From a virus: a stretch of 64,000 nucleotides of DNA. The stretch is taken from positions 1 to 64,000 of the IMG/VR virus record IMGVR_UViG_3300047356_000838. The stretch is one strand, 5' to 3'. A model generated the notes under the pieces. It was not told the DNA's origin. It saw only the letters and a program-made list of their open reading frames with translations, and ran no database searches. The first letter of the stretch is position 1. Each line of letters starts with the position of its first letter. Shown in pieces: positions 57,801 to 64,000 of the stretch. A program made the translations under genes and the position numbers.

Positions 57801-59013
57801 CATCCTGGTAATAGAGTATGTCTAGTCCAGCAGTATATGGCTCAATAATTTCAGGCAAGCCGCTGGCATCTTTAAAGAACTCTCTGTTACCATATTTGTT
57901 GCCCTGTTTAATTTTAACTTTTTGACCAGTGGGCCAGTTTGCACTTCTAGTCAGTTGAATTGTATCTATACCGCCAATGTTATTAACTGCAATGTTGTAT
58001 ACGTCATAGCGTGTTTCAATAGGAAGTGTTGTTGTTTCATCAAATGGATTATCTGGATCATCAAATCCATACACATCAAACAGTGCGCCTTGATCCCATG
58101 CTGTTTCATCAGTGGTAAGGTTAACAAATACTAGACTTTTACCGTCAATTTCTGTTTGTACATCAATGCCACCATGTTCGTCAATCAGTGTTTGTAGTGG
58201 CACATTATGAATTTGGTTGTATGCAAGTTCAGTAGCAAAGTCTGGATTTGCTGCTTGTGTAGCATTAATTTTATCGTTTTGCGCATCTGTTCTTGGAACA
58301 TTAAATGTAATTGTCCCATTGTCATCGCCGTTATTCGTAATACCAAGTATCTCTCTTGTGCTTACGTTACTACCATAACTGCTAATACCACTGGTACCGA
58401 TTTCAGTTTGAATCCAGAATGGTGTGCCAGTTTGCTGAACTTGGAAAGTATAACTGCCCCCTCTTGCAAGAGTAATAGTTGGATTAGCATTATCACTTCC
58501 GTCAATACTATATTCTTCAACGCTTGCTACTGTGCGACGTGTTACTGTAAAGTCCTTTTCTGCATCAACAAGACTGTTAAACACTTGCACACTGTCAGGT
58601 CCTGCAGGGAACCAGAAGTATTCACCATAGTTAACAAGTTTATCTAGGTCAACAAATCCACTGTAGTTGTAGTATTCCTGATCAAACAAATCACTGTGTG
58701 TATTAACATTAACATTGTTATATTTTAGACTATTAACAAAATCAACGTAACCGGTCAGACTTTCAATCTGCTTATTAGGACTGCGATATACCACTGCAGG
58801 CTCTAACTGATAATTTTGTCTGTCATCATTGATTTCATTGATGTAGCCATCACCAACTGAGAAGTTAGGACTAAACTTACGTCCAATAAAACTATTGACA
58901 CGCTGTAAATTAGGTTCACTAATTAACTGGTCAACTGTTGCATTAAGAAACTTGTTGTTCTTTGTTGTCTGAAAAATATCAGGTAATAGTACTGAACTTT
59001 TACGAAGTGCCAT
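45805..59013 (-). CDS. Giant (4402 aa) baseplate/virion structural protein with an FG-GAP beta-propeller
   Basis: Directly downstream of the gp6-like gene; LLP.IFQT..N.KFL, YQLEP, KLVNY..Y.W; about 7 FG...(V/I)GAP blades; EVKPYKTKIR. Confidence 0.85.
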   Translation of the reverse strand: MALRKSSVLLPDIFQTTKNNKFLNATVDQLISEPNLQRVNSFIGRKFSPNFSVGDGYINEINDDRQNYQLEPAVVYRSPNKQIESLTGYVDFVNSLKYNNVNVNTHSDLFDQEYYNYSGFVDLDKLVNYGEYFWFPAGPDSVQVFNSLVDAEKDFTVTRRTVASVEEYSIDGSDNANPTITLARGGSYTFQVQQTGTPFWIQTEIGTSGISSYGSNVSTREILGITNNGDDNGTITFNVPRTDAQNDKINATQAANPDFATELAYNQIHNVPLQTLIDEHGGIDVQTEIDGKSLVFVNLTTDETAWDQGALFDVYGFDDPDNPFDETTTLPIETRYDVYNIAVNNIGGIDTIQLTRSANWPTGQKVKIKQGNKYGNREFFKDASGLPEIIEPYTAGLDILYYQDGVNANQFGKIQLVDINAVPAIDVANDIQGKLTYTSANGVKFTNGLKVQFNSDITPSTYADREYFVEGVGQPGGITLTPVDEMLTPETYTNSSSDGFDTVGYDAGGWDGTINAPLDQDYIVINRSSPDRNAWSRGNRWFHREVIEATATYNNYTADVDDTARAKRPIIEFHSGLELFNMGKSNVAPVSVVDTSQTDALSNVNGTAGYFADGIDLQQDNTIIFSADTDENVKTKIYRVDLINQDSDATTSEIINLVEVGTVVDGNAVLSSLGAINQGKQFWLDGTTWKTAQQKTGLNQDPLFDIFDPDHTSFSDQTKYPSSNFVGSKLFSYKRNNNNNPDTILNFGLTYKNFSTIGDIVFDNNFDGDKFQYTKSTGNTDVIVRSGHAHQFDIAGNRVLYNGWTKVVESSSQYQIVSYDVNGELYSFEIGASVDTTKIKQPLQVFVNGKFKYPSEYTHLIQGDREYVVFTTALAVNDTVTIKFFSNTKAANSFYEVPDNLQNNAGNATFDTLTLGQLRNHTVKISQQVKTLTGVAPGKSNIRDVNYRAYPGNILQHSAGMILPMYLLTNETANTIESIKYVKNEYTKFKNKFIDNINKLDLDLTNPSKCVDDILLYMSGKKTSAFPFYYSDMLPWGDQKSQLVYTIDDAAETEFEFNTQFDLTSVGNQGVLVYHTPTSTNTANLLVEGQDYTFDTVEAKVILVSNNLGIATIGLSVDDKITIVEYTETNGSFVPPTPSKMGLWYKFTPAIFTDSTYATPKTVVEGHDGSIWIGWGDIRDNVLLELEKRIYNNIKTQYNKDLFDYAEVVPGFFRSTLSDFSEANNITRSYYGEWALRNKVKTAPNTTVDTNNGFTWNYRNSVEKITKTRVPGGWRGMYRWFYDTDTPHTTPWEMLGLSDKPNWWDARYGAAPYTQGNTVLWEDLRDGKLYTDATGINFTELARRKRPDLLSIIPVDEQGGLRAPRDFLVQDATSANADDGWVYSDGSPAETAWKRSSEYPYVLQILAATIKPAKYGTLMFDTNLFTKDAQYDQVLQKFKSYRPGIADFKMHSQSNGASGIQRVEGYNQFINEYVRFNGYSVDDEITKINNLELNLCYAMGGFSDKKFLKVVAESVTPSAQSENIFIPDEDLSVYTKKSLPLERVVYSGVQIIQRNGGYEIQGYDIENPYFKIVPSVSANQPREVRVGETVLFEYKDFENKIINIPYGTIITSRQQVFDFLVAYQRYLLSRGFVFDGTTGAGDKNDFVTAGREFAFWTQQQWTEGSVIVLSPFYETLLLNRTFATVDDITKGGALKDANNAILNPKYYDVSRDDNIVEIKIDTENTNLYSAKLDPIQHEHVLVFNNTTIFNDIIYQPELGNRHSRLKLIGAKSGDWNGTLHAPGFFINEDKINVWQTYQDYKKGDIVSYQSNTYVAKASVDGSSTFDYDSWTIADNMTTGLIKNLANKAGQFKNFFEMDNLNLEDGTDKLGKGVIGFNEKSYLAGLGLDDVSQVKFYQGMLKQKGTGAAINKLIDAELTNLDQSIDYFEEWAFRVGEFGSIDSNQIIETIIPEDQASNNPTIIHFRADGDLISDASLGHYEVKQKDLYKTPNDYTGKVFGTRDANSVTKNDLDSAGYARLDDVDFTVFNGDELEALSSRIGELGKGKKIWIATDTTNTWGMRRIDETLSTVTSVESTGNGYLIYTTDVNHGLVKDDYVIVRAAQPIGKVAKIYEVSSPNTFTVVDTLTEADIQDVRIPMYKLSSVRFAQPSDLSTYTPVSGWDSKELVWVDKDNDGDWQVLQNARPWTTTGVKTASPINADDLYGNSIAINSASTLALVGAPNNGSGTVVPYVRSEGGILIESTNVSASTIGDSLDSFGASLAIATDYAIIGAPDTESSKGAAFPYYIDSTGTFNRRPAIRPSGLSTSDKFGFSMAMSGNGRHLFIGAPGDNKIYVYTLIDLVSSSERTFTVTTTGAATYTLDFTPTDLNALNVVDGNGKVYLPTKDFTLSGADITFTSTPASSLQIVVRQMDYFKEIGNYTAGSGDFGHSIDCDYLGKRVIVGAPAATISAKANSGEAYLYAQYVEKFIADGTVKSFTTTNTLQTKIYVEVNGELQIETNNADVPVDNDGSTEGFYTRSSKTITFKFAPAAGDVIEVYTGTFTQMQQIDQVDLDDETNGNEQFGISVGIDTKGSIIAIGSPGEDETNPNTGSVFILQDAGKNYASVTSKEGSSYSVTSGHTLFIDDREVTVSSSSTDPADLAADIVAANIPGVSASKNSDDQLVITSTNTELYNKLSVMPGTGTSFQSGAIVDPFKLTQKINHPQAFENENFGEKVAFDKHVHNSASAYSDTRNLVIASDKASTLLPTGFDIETNTNSEDYLSATTVFDASGTTFTDRRTQSGAVYVFELLNPNTPDLADPSKMVFGQQLKSTNILELDKFGSAIAYNDNRVFVGAPNDTTNFANSGSVYEFNNNTRAGSWNTLRSEGTRVDVSQINRVALYNKKAGEVSVFLDYIDPAKGKIAGVAAAELSYVSHADPAMYNNLWNYKYKNRLWWDTSTVHYLNAEQGNLDFRQNYWAQAFPGSSIDVYEWIESSTPPSQYTGEGVVKDPTKFNIANVYDSTTDSTQPRYYFWVKDILSVPVEAAFRNISADSVRSLIQDPKGAGLPHIAFLDTNAVALFNCKQYFADKDTVLSINYDVVKNEGVLHSEYELYGRGNTDQAIPARMYTKLVDSLAGSDSVGNSVPDPFLSEVEKYGVLTQPRQGMFVNRAAALKVLTQYTNSVLVKAPFARNSNLTKLLSSENIPTVNSGEYNTSVDSSQERDFLNTAILSTGYKVLVLEDENQSNYWTIYTLQADKSWLLSNIQGYNTSDYWDYATYYATGYDATTVPAYQVTLEADLLTLTSAVTGDIAKVTSNDEGNFSMFAKTDTGWDEVIIERGTLQFNASLYSFATTNSNFEATGFDNDGFDFAAFDKVPAQEIRQIIEALKNDVFIGDYEINMNELFFRLMEYALNESNFSPDWMFKTSFITVAHKIRSLDQYNTFKFDNTDFIEDFINEVKPYKTKIREYVSKYDKLDLYGSDTTDFDLHAYYDETQGYFRKPSGEFSGDEILQTQGLNKPWSENYGYKLDSIQIVNAGTGYITDPTITISAPQLAGGVQAVATAKTNGDTIISITMTNKGSGYTQEPTITVTGSGTGILVSPRLVNTTIRSFDTTIKFDRTTYTSIVKDWTANTAYTAGDVVAYQNTATLTQEVYDVALSFTSGSTFSVENTSGNTVLTVKLDADFTNTADRIAAYYYPTAGMIGDDLELLQKGTGYLGNNVTGAGFDQDPGFDSGNFDVVAFDNFEIDSDGLAVLAGLDTTVTSLFTDLELGTRPEDINIDGAGFVDTYSSHAPEELVPGRVYDTLDMEVYTHASNDFEKDGNAMEVRYVSFTDTTGAVTEFQWGRTDKSADDYNTLIVYKNSVRQYNFTTNFATKTITISSPLGASDILHVYAYGQTGEKMIGEFTFEGDGTQKLFILANDPDNVKQSIVFVDGVETSPVFEAAEGNTTMTFATAPAANAQIHVFTFNQATSRDAPTKYKLQTTTLTAGTQTYSLDNTVNYAQPLSANTIVEIDGVRLRPVNSKYHTGDGSTTQFNISTTAGETTIVNPGDIGVAVIQQSTETTLNAVRNIDYTVTAGDAFITMLTAPADGDKVIVYNRSEAEYTISADGTEITIDGSVSFTSSSTMRVNTFANHDPLRIQTKVFKGQGTGSTTVIDEFDDVAFDSAGFDRSVVSGTVGTYDLDRTVTNVNNFWVTVDGIRLHPGDYITNGASIVMSNNIQATIGGASIVVITHISENAIKPSTGFRIFQDMNGNVEYLRMCKDATTEIAADVLLTDTKIYVNDASVLPQVSADSEYPGVVFIGGERVTYWEIDNTDNYITNLRRGTKGTAILNRIVPGFLVVDGSKDQYLPATDTHTKTWYDLGTGVAADGLGLQQSSTTNANFLKACEAQVPNYRAELNAAEYMVDGYVEDDYVERLF

Positions 59014-62000
59014 TAGTAACCATATCCTCCGCCGCCGCCGCCGGATCCACCGCTACCGCCTGATCCGCTACTGCCGCTTGAACTGCTACTACTACTTGAA
59101 CTTGTGGTGGTAGTTGTAACTGTGTTTGTTGCTGTATTTACTGCAGTGCTGGAACTGTTTGCACTGGCACTTTCTGCTGCAAGATTTGTTGTAGTTGTAT
59201 TGACAACATTACCGCTTGCTTGTAAACTGTTTGCAGTGATGACGTCAATAACTTCAATGTCATTTACTGTTGCACTACTAATTAAAATTTCGTCTCTCTG
59301 ACTCTGTATTTGGAATAAACTACCAAAGTTGCTGGTTGCTAGTTTAGGTACAATTACAACACTAAGCACATCTGGACTTAGCACACTGTACAAGTATGCT
59401 GCTAGTTCACTAAAGAAGAAACTATCACCAAAGTCCCAGTTTTGTATTGCAAAATATTCGTTGATTCCAGCAACAACACGTTCTTTAATTTCACTGTCGC
59501 TTACAAGTGTGCTATTGTTCTTAACTACTTTAAATGTTGCTTGCAATTCTTCATCTGCCTTGTCACCAAATAGTGGTCTGTAACTAACACTGTTAAAAAT
59601 AATAGTATCACTTACACTTTTGTACTGCTCTAAACTACCAAATTGCTCACGCAGTTCATTTGTAGTTGGTTTTACAGGCTTGACTATGCTTCCTGTGATA
59701 TCCGTAACATAGTTTCTATAATCTGCGTCATACTGACTTGTAAGCAAAAACAAATCTACAATGTTGCTTGGGCTTGGATCAATACGTCTGTTGTTTGGAC
59801 TGTTATGTGTATACTGGAACAGCAAGTCACTGCGTCCTGTGCGTTTGATATAGTCAGTGGTTAGTGCTATGCTTTTAACATTGGCGCCATCAATACTTAG
59901 AATATAAAATTTATCATCTGTGCCTGCATAGAATATTTGTCCGCTAGTAAACTGTCCAATTACTTCATTTATTGAACTACGGGTAGCATAACGTTGCTCT
60001 ACACTGGTACTTGCAACAGGTGTGTAAGTTAAGTATCCGCCACTGCTTATACTTGTCTGATAAAACACAACCTTTGTTGATGCATTTGTAAGTGGAGCAA
60101 CAACAATGTCAAAAACTTCTGGATTGTCAACAACACCGTCGCTGTCAATATCAGGGAATGTAACTTTAATTCTGTTTGTTAGTGTATAGCCATCTGTTTC
60201 TGTGATAACATCATCAATTTGCATTGCATAGTCAACTGCCAAACTGCTTACACTATCAGGCAATGCGTTAACTTTAAGAATGTTTATCTTATCCTTAATA
60301 GTTTTGCCTGTGCGTGGATCAAAGATTTTTAAATCATTGTCAAAGTAAAAGCGTGTTTCTAATTTACTTTCAAACACATAACTTGTGCTGCGGAAGTTAA
60401 CTGTATAAGTTGAGCCATCATTGGTAAATTTAAAGAACCAACTAGCATCCAAGTTTGTATTGCTTGTATTTCCTGTGTAGTCTAAACTAAATGTGTTTGT
60501 AGTATTAAGATCCAGTGCATTAATAATTGCCCATGCTTGTGTATCTCTGTCATAGCGCAATCCAAAAGTTTTAAAATCTCCGATTGCTTGAATAATATCG
60601 TTTCTTACTGATGCTGTGATTGCAGTGTTCCATGGAGCAATAACTTGATCCAATACTGCATCCTGTGGAATAACTTCACTAAGTGAGACTGGTCCAATGC
60701 CTGTTTCCAAATTACCCACACCCTGATTAGTTCCATCTGTTACAACTTCGCTAATACTAGCCCAGATATAATCACGAGTATTAATTGTTCCACTAGTGCC
60801 TGTAATAAGGTTGTTGTTTACATCAAATACTTTACCACTTGGTGCAGTAAACTTTAACAATGCGCCAACTTTTGCAAATTTTAAATTACTGGTTGCAAAA
60901 CTGCCAATTTTAAGAGGACTGTCAACACTGTTTTTAAAATAGCCTGTGACTGTACCACTGCTGGTTGTTGCCAGATTCCAACTAGCACTAAGTCCTGTTA
61001 CATCAATACCTCCATAGTTTTTGAGATAATAATGCAAACTTTCATTCTTAAGGATGTTTTTTTCAACTTGCTGGCTTATAGTATTACTAATGTCACTGTC
61101 AGTTATAAACGTAAACTGGAACTGTTGCAGATCCTCTGTGCGATAAAAAATTCCATCCTCGGCAACAATGTTTGTGCTGCTATACTTGCCTGTTGTGTCA
61201 CGCACATCCAAATAACGACTGATGCCACTTGCAGTTCTGTTAATTGCTTTTGACTTTAATACATTACTAAATTTAGTGTAAGGAAGGATCTGATAATCCT
61301 CACCTGTAATCATACGATCCTGTGTGTAATACTGTTGCTGTGCTTTTAGTTTTACATCACGCAAGTTTTCTCTTGCACTAGCATTTGCTATTGTGCTTTG
61401 TAAACTCAGAGTGACTGTAAGGTTTTCAATTTGATTGCTGTGACTTACATAAGGTATAGCAATTTGCAAGTTTTGCATTTCATCAGGACTAATTTTATAT
61501 GTAGTGCCTGCTCCAGTGCGGAAGTAAACACGGAAGTTGCCTGTTGGAATGTTTGAGAAAACATCATCACCAAATACTAGACTAATTTGATCATTTGCGC
61601 GACTGCGCACTGTGAATAAGTTTTTGTTGTTAGCACTTAAACTGTTATAGATAACATTGTTGCCACTAATTGCTGGCACTTTTTCCCAGCGTGTGGTTTC
61701 TCTGCCAGAATCATCTAATTGATATAACCAAACATCATTGTTGTCAACATTGTTAACGTCAAGTTCCACTGTGCGGTTAGGAAGTTTTTCACCAATAGTA
61801 AAGTCTGCACTCTGCAAGTTGCCCTGTTTAAAGTAAAAGAAAAATCCGCTGTTAGCACTGCTAAACCCTCTGTTATCATTACGATAAAGTATGTTTGTTG
61901 TGCTACTGGGCTGTGGTGCTACTTCATACAAATAGTCTGTGCCACTGTAAGTGCCTTTGACTAATTCAAAGTCTAGGTTTTGTGTACCCACTGCAGTTTT

Positions 62001-62603
62001 AAAGTCATAGATTGGTACAGTGCCAGGATTAAGTTTAAGTTGGTATTCTTCAATATTAATGCCGCCCACTGTTGTTTTTAAACTTGGGTTGCCAAACTGT
62101 TGTGTGTTTACCATACTTGCATTAAGCACTGTGGTAAACTGCTCTAAAAAGTCACTGTTAGTTGGATCGCCCCAGACAATTTCTGTGTCACGAAGGCTGT
62201 TGCCATTTGCATCACTGATGTCCTCTGTGGTTTCCACACTTGAAATTTTTAGCAATCCGCGGGCAATCTGCTGACGCTTTGGATAATAGTTAAGCATGCG
62301 AGCTAGACGTAGTATGCTGTCTCTGCGTTCTGCTGTTTCTAGGAAGTTTTCTCTAGCATTTAAGTCTGCGCGGAAACTAAGGCTTTGCCCTAGAAATGCA
62401 ATTAGATCAATCAGTGCAATATATTCACTTGATTCAATAAAGTCGTTGAAATCTTCTGGATAATAGTTACGCAAATAGTCAACCATGCTCTTACGAATGG
62501 TTTCATAATCGTAACTTTGAAAATCTGCTTCACGGAAGGTCTCGTAGACTTTCTTCCAATCTTCTGCAGCAAATAAGTTTGATTGTCTTGTACTAGCAGC
62601 CAT
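59013..62603 (-). CDS. Baseplate wedge protein (T4 gp6-like)
   Basis: DF.SYD..TIR..M..YL...YPEDFND, ENFLETAERRDS..RLA..L.Y.P, FGD, QDRMITGEDY. Confidence 0.88.
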   Translation of the reverse strand: MAASTRQSNLFAAEDWKKVYETFREADFQSYDYETIRKSMVDYLRNYYPEDFNDFIESSEYIALIDLIAFLGQSLSFRADLNARENFLETAERRDSILRLARMLNYYPKRQQIARGLLKISSVETTEDISDANGNSLRDTEIVWGDPTNSDFLEQFTTVLNASMVNTQQFGNPSLKTTVGGINIEEYQLKLNPGTVPIYDFKTAVGTQNLDFELVKGTYSGTDYLYEVAPQPSSTTNILYRNDNRGFSSANSGFFFYFKQGNLQSADFTIGEKLPNRTVELDVNNVDNNDVWLYQLDDSGRETTRWEKVPAISGNNVIYNSLSANNKNLFTVRSRANDQISLVFGDDVFSNIPTGNFRVYFRTGAGTTYKISPDEMQNLQIAIPYVSHSNQIENLTVTLSLQSTIANASARENLRDVKLKAQQQYYTQDRMITGEDYQILPYTKFSNVLKSKAINRTASGISRYLDVRDTTGKYSSTNIVAEDGIFYRTEDLQQFQFTFITDSDISNTISQQVEKNILKNESLHYYLKNYGGIDVTGLSASWNLATTSSGTVTGYFKNSVDSPLKIGSFATSNLKFAKVGALLKFTAPSGKVFDVNNNLITGTSGTINTRDYIWASISEVVTDGTNQGVGNLETGIGPVSLSEVIPQDAVLDQVIAPWNTAITASVRNDIIQAIGDFKTFGLRYDRDTQAWAIINALDLNTTNTFSLDYTGNTSNTNLDASWFFKFTNDGSTYTVNFRSTSYVFESKLETRFYFDNDLKIFDPRTGKTIKDKINILKVNALPDSVSSLAVDYAMQIDDVITETDGYTLTNRIKVTFPDIDSDGVVDNPEVFDIVVAPLTNASTKVVFYQTSISSGGYLTYTPVASTSVEQRYATRSSINEVIGQFTSGQIFYAGTDDKFYILSIDGANVKSIALTTDYIKRTGRSDLLFQYTHNSPNNRRIDPSPSNIVDLFLLTSQYDADYRNYVTDITGSIVKPVKPTTNELREQFGSLEQYKSVSDTIIFNSVSYRPLFGDKADEELQATFKVVKNNSTLVSDSEIKERVVAGINEYFAIQNWDFGDSFFFSELAAYLYSVLSPDVLSVVIVPKLATSNFGSLFQIQSQRDEILISSATVNDIEVIDVITANSLQASGNVVNTTTTNLAAESASANSSSTAVNTATNTVTTTTTSSSSSSSSSGSSGSGGSGGSGGGGGGYGY
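59016..59200 (-). repeat. Ser/Thr/Gly low-complexity C-terminal tail
   Basis: TTTTNLAAESASANSSSTAVNTATNTVTTTTTSSSSSSSSSGSSGSGGSGGSGGGGGYGY. Confidence 0.9.
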
Positions 62604-62629
62604 GTTTTAACATTCCTATTCTATTGCAG

Positions 62630-62637
62630 TATTTATT
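62630..62637 (-). promoter_or_regulatory. Putative late promoter AATAAATA
   Basis: TAAATA core about 27 nt upstream of the gp6-like ATG. Confidence 0.55.
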
Positions 62638-62657
62638 TGCAGAATAAAGTATGTATA

Positions 62658-63035
62658 TTATATTGCTGCGTTATCCGGTCTGTCAAAACGTACACTTAGT
62701 TTTTCAACTTGATTATCCACTACATAGCGCAATACTATCTGTACCTGAAGTCCATTTTCGTACTCATCCAGTGTAACTTCTTCTGGGCGCACCCTAGGAT
62801 CAGTTTGAATTACAGTGTTTACTTCTTCAACAATGAGTTGTTTTGTTTCTTCTGTAAGTGGATCCATGATTAAATCAAGCAAACTAGTGCCAAAGTTGCC
62901 GCGCATTAGTTTTTCACCTTTGCGAATAGCAAAATGATTAAGTAAATCTCTTTTTATAAGGTCAGTGTCAGTTAACTTTGGACTACCAAAGTCGTTGTTT
63001 ATTGTACTAAATCCTTTGTATGTTGCTATTGCCAT
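62658..63035 (-). CDS. Baseplate wedge protein gp25-like
   Basis: D..LIK.DLLNHF.IRKGEK.M...FG..L.D....P, DPRV. Confidence 0.88.
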   Translation of the reverse strand: MAIATYKGFSTINNDFGSPKLTDTDLIKRDLLNHFAIRKGEKLMRGNFGTSLLDLIMDPLTEETKQLIVEEVNTVIQTDPRVRPEEVTLDEYENGLQVQIVLRYVVDNQVEKLSVRFDRPDNAAI

Positions 63036-63036
63036 T

Positions 63037-64000
63037 TTATTTTCCTTTTAGTGCTGCGTCTGCTTGCGCCAGCAATGCTTTAATCTGTGCTTCCAGTGCT
63101 GCTTTTTGTGCTTTACTTAGTGTGCGTCTACCTGCCCACCACTGTGTGCGTAACTGTCTGGCTTGATCACGCAAGGCTTTGTAGGCTGCGTATCCACCCT
63201 GCTTTTTCTTACGCTCTAACTCTGCCTCTTTCTTTAATATAGATTTTTCTAGCTCACCCTTTTCTCGTTCTTTTGCTTGAGTTTCCTGAGCCTCCAATCC
63301 ATATGGATCACTATTGTCAGTGTTGTCTACCAGTGGTTCAGCATTGAACGCATCAATATTTGCTTGTTCTTGTGCATCTGCTTCTGCAGTACTGTCTAGC
63401 AAATCATCAGTTGGTGTATAAACATTACCTGTTATAACTTCGCCGCCTGTGACAGGTTCTTCTTTAATTTTTCCAACACGATCACTTGCTGCCGCACCAG
63501 TTTGCATACTTTGTTTAACTTTGCTTGCAACATCTTCGCCACTGGCAATGTTTGTGGTGTTAGGTAGTACGTTTTCAATGCTTTGTGTGCCTTGTCTTAC
63601 TTTTGCTGCTATCTCTGGTGTACTAACATTACTTGCAGTTAGCATACTTGTGATTTCTTTTTTGCCATCAGTTGCAGTAATGCCGCCAATGTTCACTAGT
63701 TTCTGATAATCTGCAGCAACAACACCTTGTTGTATTTGTTCTTGTAATCCTGGGTTTCCTAGTAGTTTATTAAGACTACTTGCTCCACCTTTGCCTGTCC
63801 ATACGCTACTGTCTGCAAGTTGATCGTTAAACACTGCTTCTGGGCGAACAAACCCCTGTGATTGAAGTTGATCTACGTTAAAGCCAAACTTACCAACACT
63901 TTTTGTTGCACTATCAATAAACGCAGGATTGTTAGCACTACCAACTTGCTTAACAACTGCAGCATTTAGTCCTTGTACATCAAAACTGTTCAGTGCGCCA
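63037..64000 (-). CDS. 3' part of a baseplate hub/gp5-like protein (truncated by the window edge)
   Basis: Frame is open to the window end (...VGKFGFNVDQLQSQGFVRP...VWTGKGG); lies directly upstream of gp25. Confidence 0.6.
   Translation of the reverse strand, partial: GALNSFDVQGLNAAVVKQVGSANNPAFIDSATKSVGKFGFNVDQLQSQGFVRPEAVFNDQLADSSVWTGKGGASSLNKLLGNPGLQEQIQQGVVAADYQKLVNIGGITATDGKKEITSMLTASNVSTPEIAAKVRQGTQSIENVLPNTTNIASGEDVASKVKQSMQTGAAASDRVGKIKEEPVTGGEVITGNVYTPTDDLLDSTAEADAQEQANIDAFNAEPLVDNTDNSDPYGLEAQETQAKEREKGELEKSILKKEAELERKKKQGGYAAYKALRDQARQLRTQWWAGRRTLSKAQKAALEAQIKALLAQADAALKGK

Noticed and set aside
1-64000. tRNA, rRNA, CRISPR array, integrase, transposase, intron or intein
   Set aside because: Intergenic gaps are short and explained by promoters; no such motifs seen by eye; tRNAscan-SE and Infernal would be decisive
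1-64000. Stop-codon reassignment
   Set aside because: TAA, TAG and TGA all end full-length recognisable genes, and coding density is high under code 11

Overview
The window is a continuous piece of a large T4-like (myovirus-type) bacteriophage genome. It is densely coding, uses standard stop codons, and I found no tRNA, rRNA, CRISPR array or integrase. The accessory genes (cytochrome c2-like protein, zf-CHCC protein, Fpr, lipoprotein S8 protease) suggest an aquatic alphaproteobacterial host, which is an inference. The + strand arm (1-22253) carries a nucleobase salvage and 7-deazaguanine module (IPNS-like oxygenase, three phosphoribosyltransferases, QueD, MazG-like, QueE), a lipoprotein subtilase with a beta-barrel, RNase H, a MoxR AAA+/vWA pair interrupted by an HNH-like plus DGQH gene pair, ThyX, and an NDP-sugar epimerase plus DegT aminotransferase. 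The - strand arm (64000-22197) carries baseplate genes (gp5-like, gp25, gp6, a 4402-aa protein) and three tail-fibre genes. These are followed by an approximately 18-kb operon with its own consensus promoter. The operon encodes four glycosyltransferase-like proteins, six N-terminal-twitch radical SAM paralogues, a sulfotransferase-like protein, an APS-kinase-like and an HxGH nucleotidyltransferase-like protein, cytochrome c, ferredoxin-NADP reductase, a carbamoyltransferase and a 2OG-Fe(II) oxygenase. This is the best candidate for an undescribed system: a phage-encoded glycan or virion (or DNA) hypermodification pathway with its own electron supply. Other notable signals are a preQ1-I-like switchable leader before queD, two distinct sigma70 promoter classes, a probable CTG start codon, and several small ORFs missing from the ORF track. 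All family calls come from motif recognition by eye; no database search was run.
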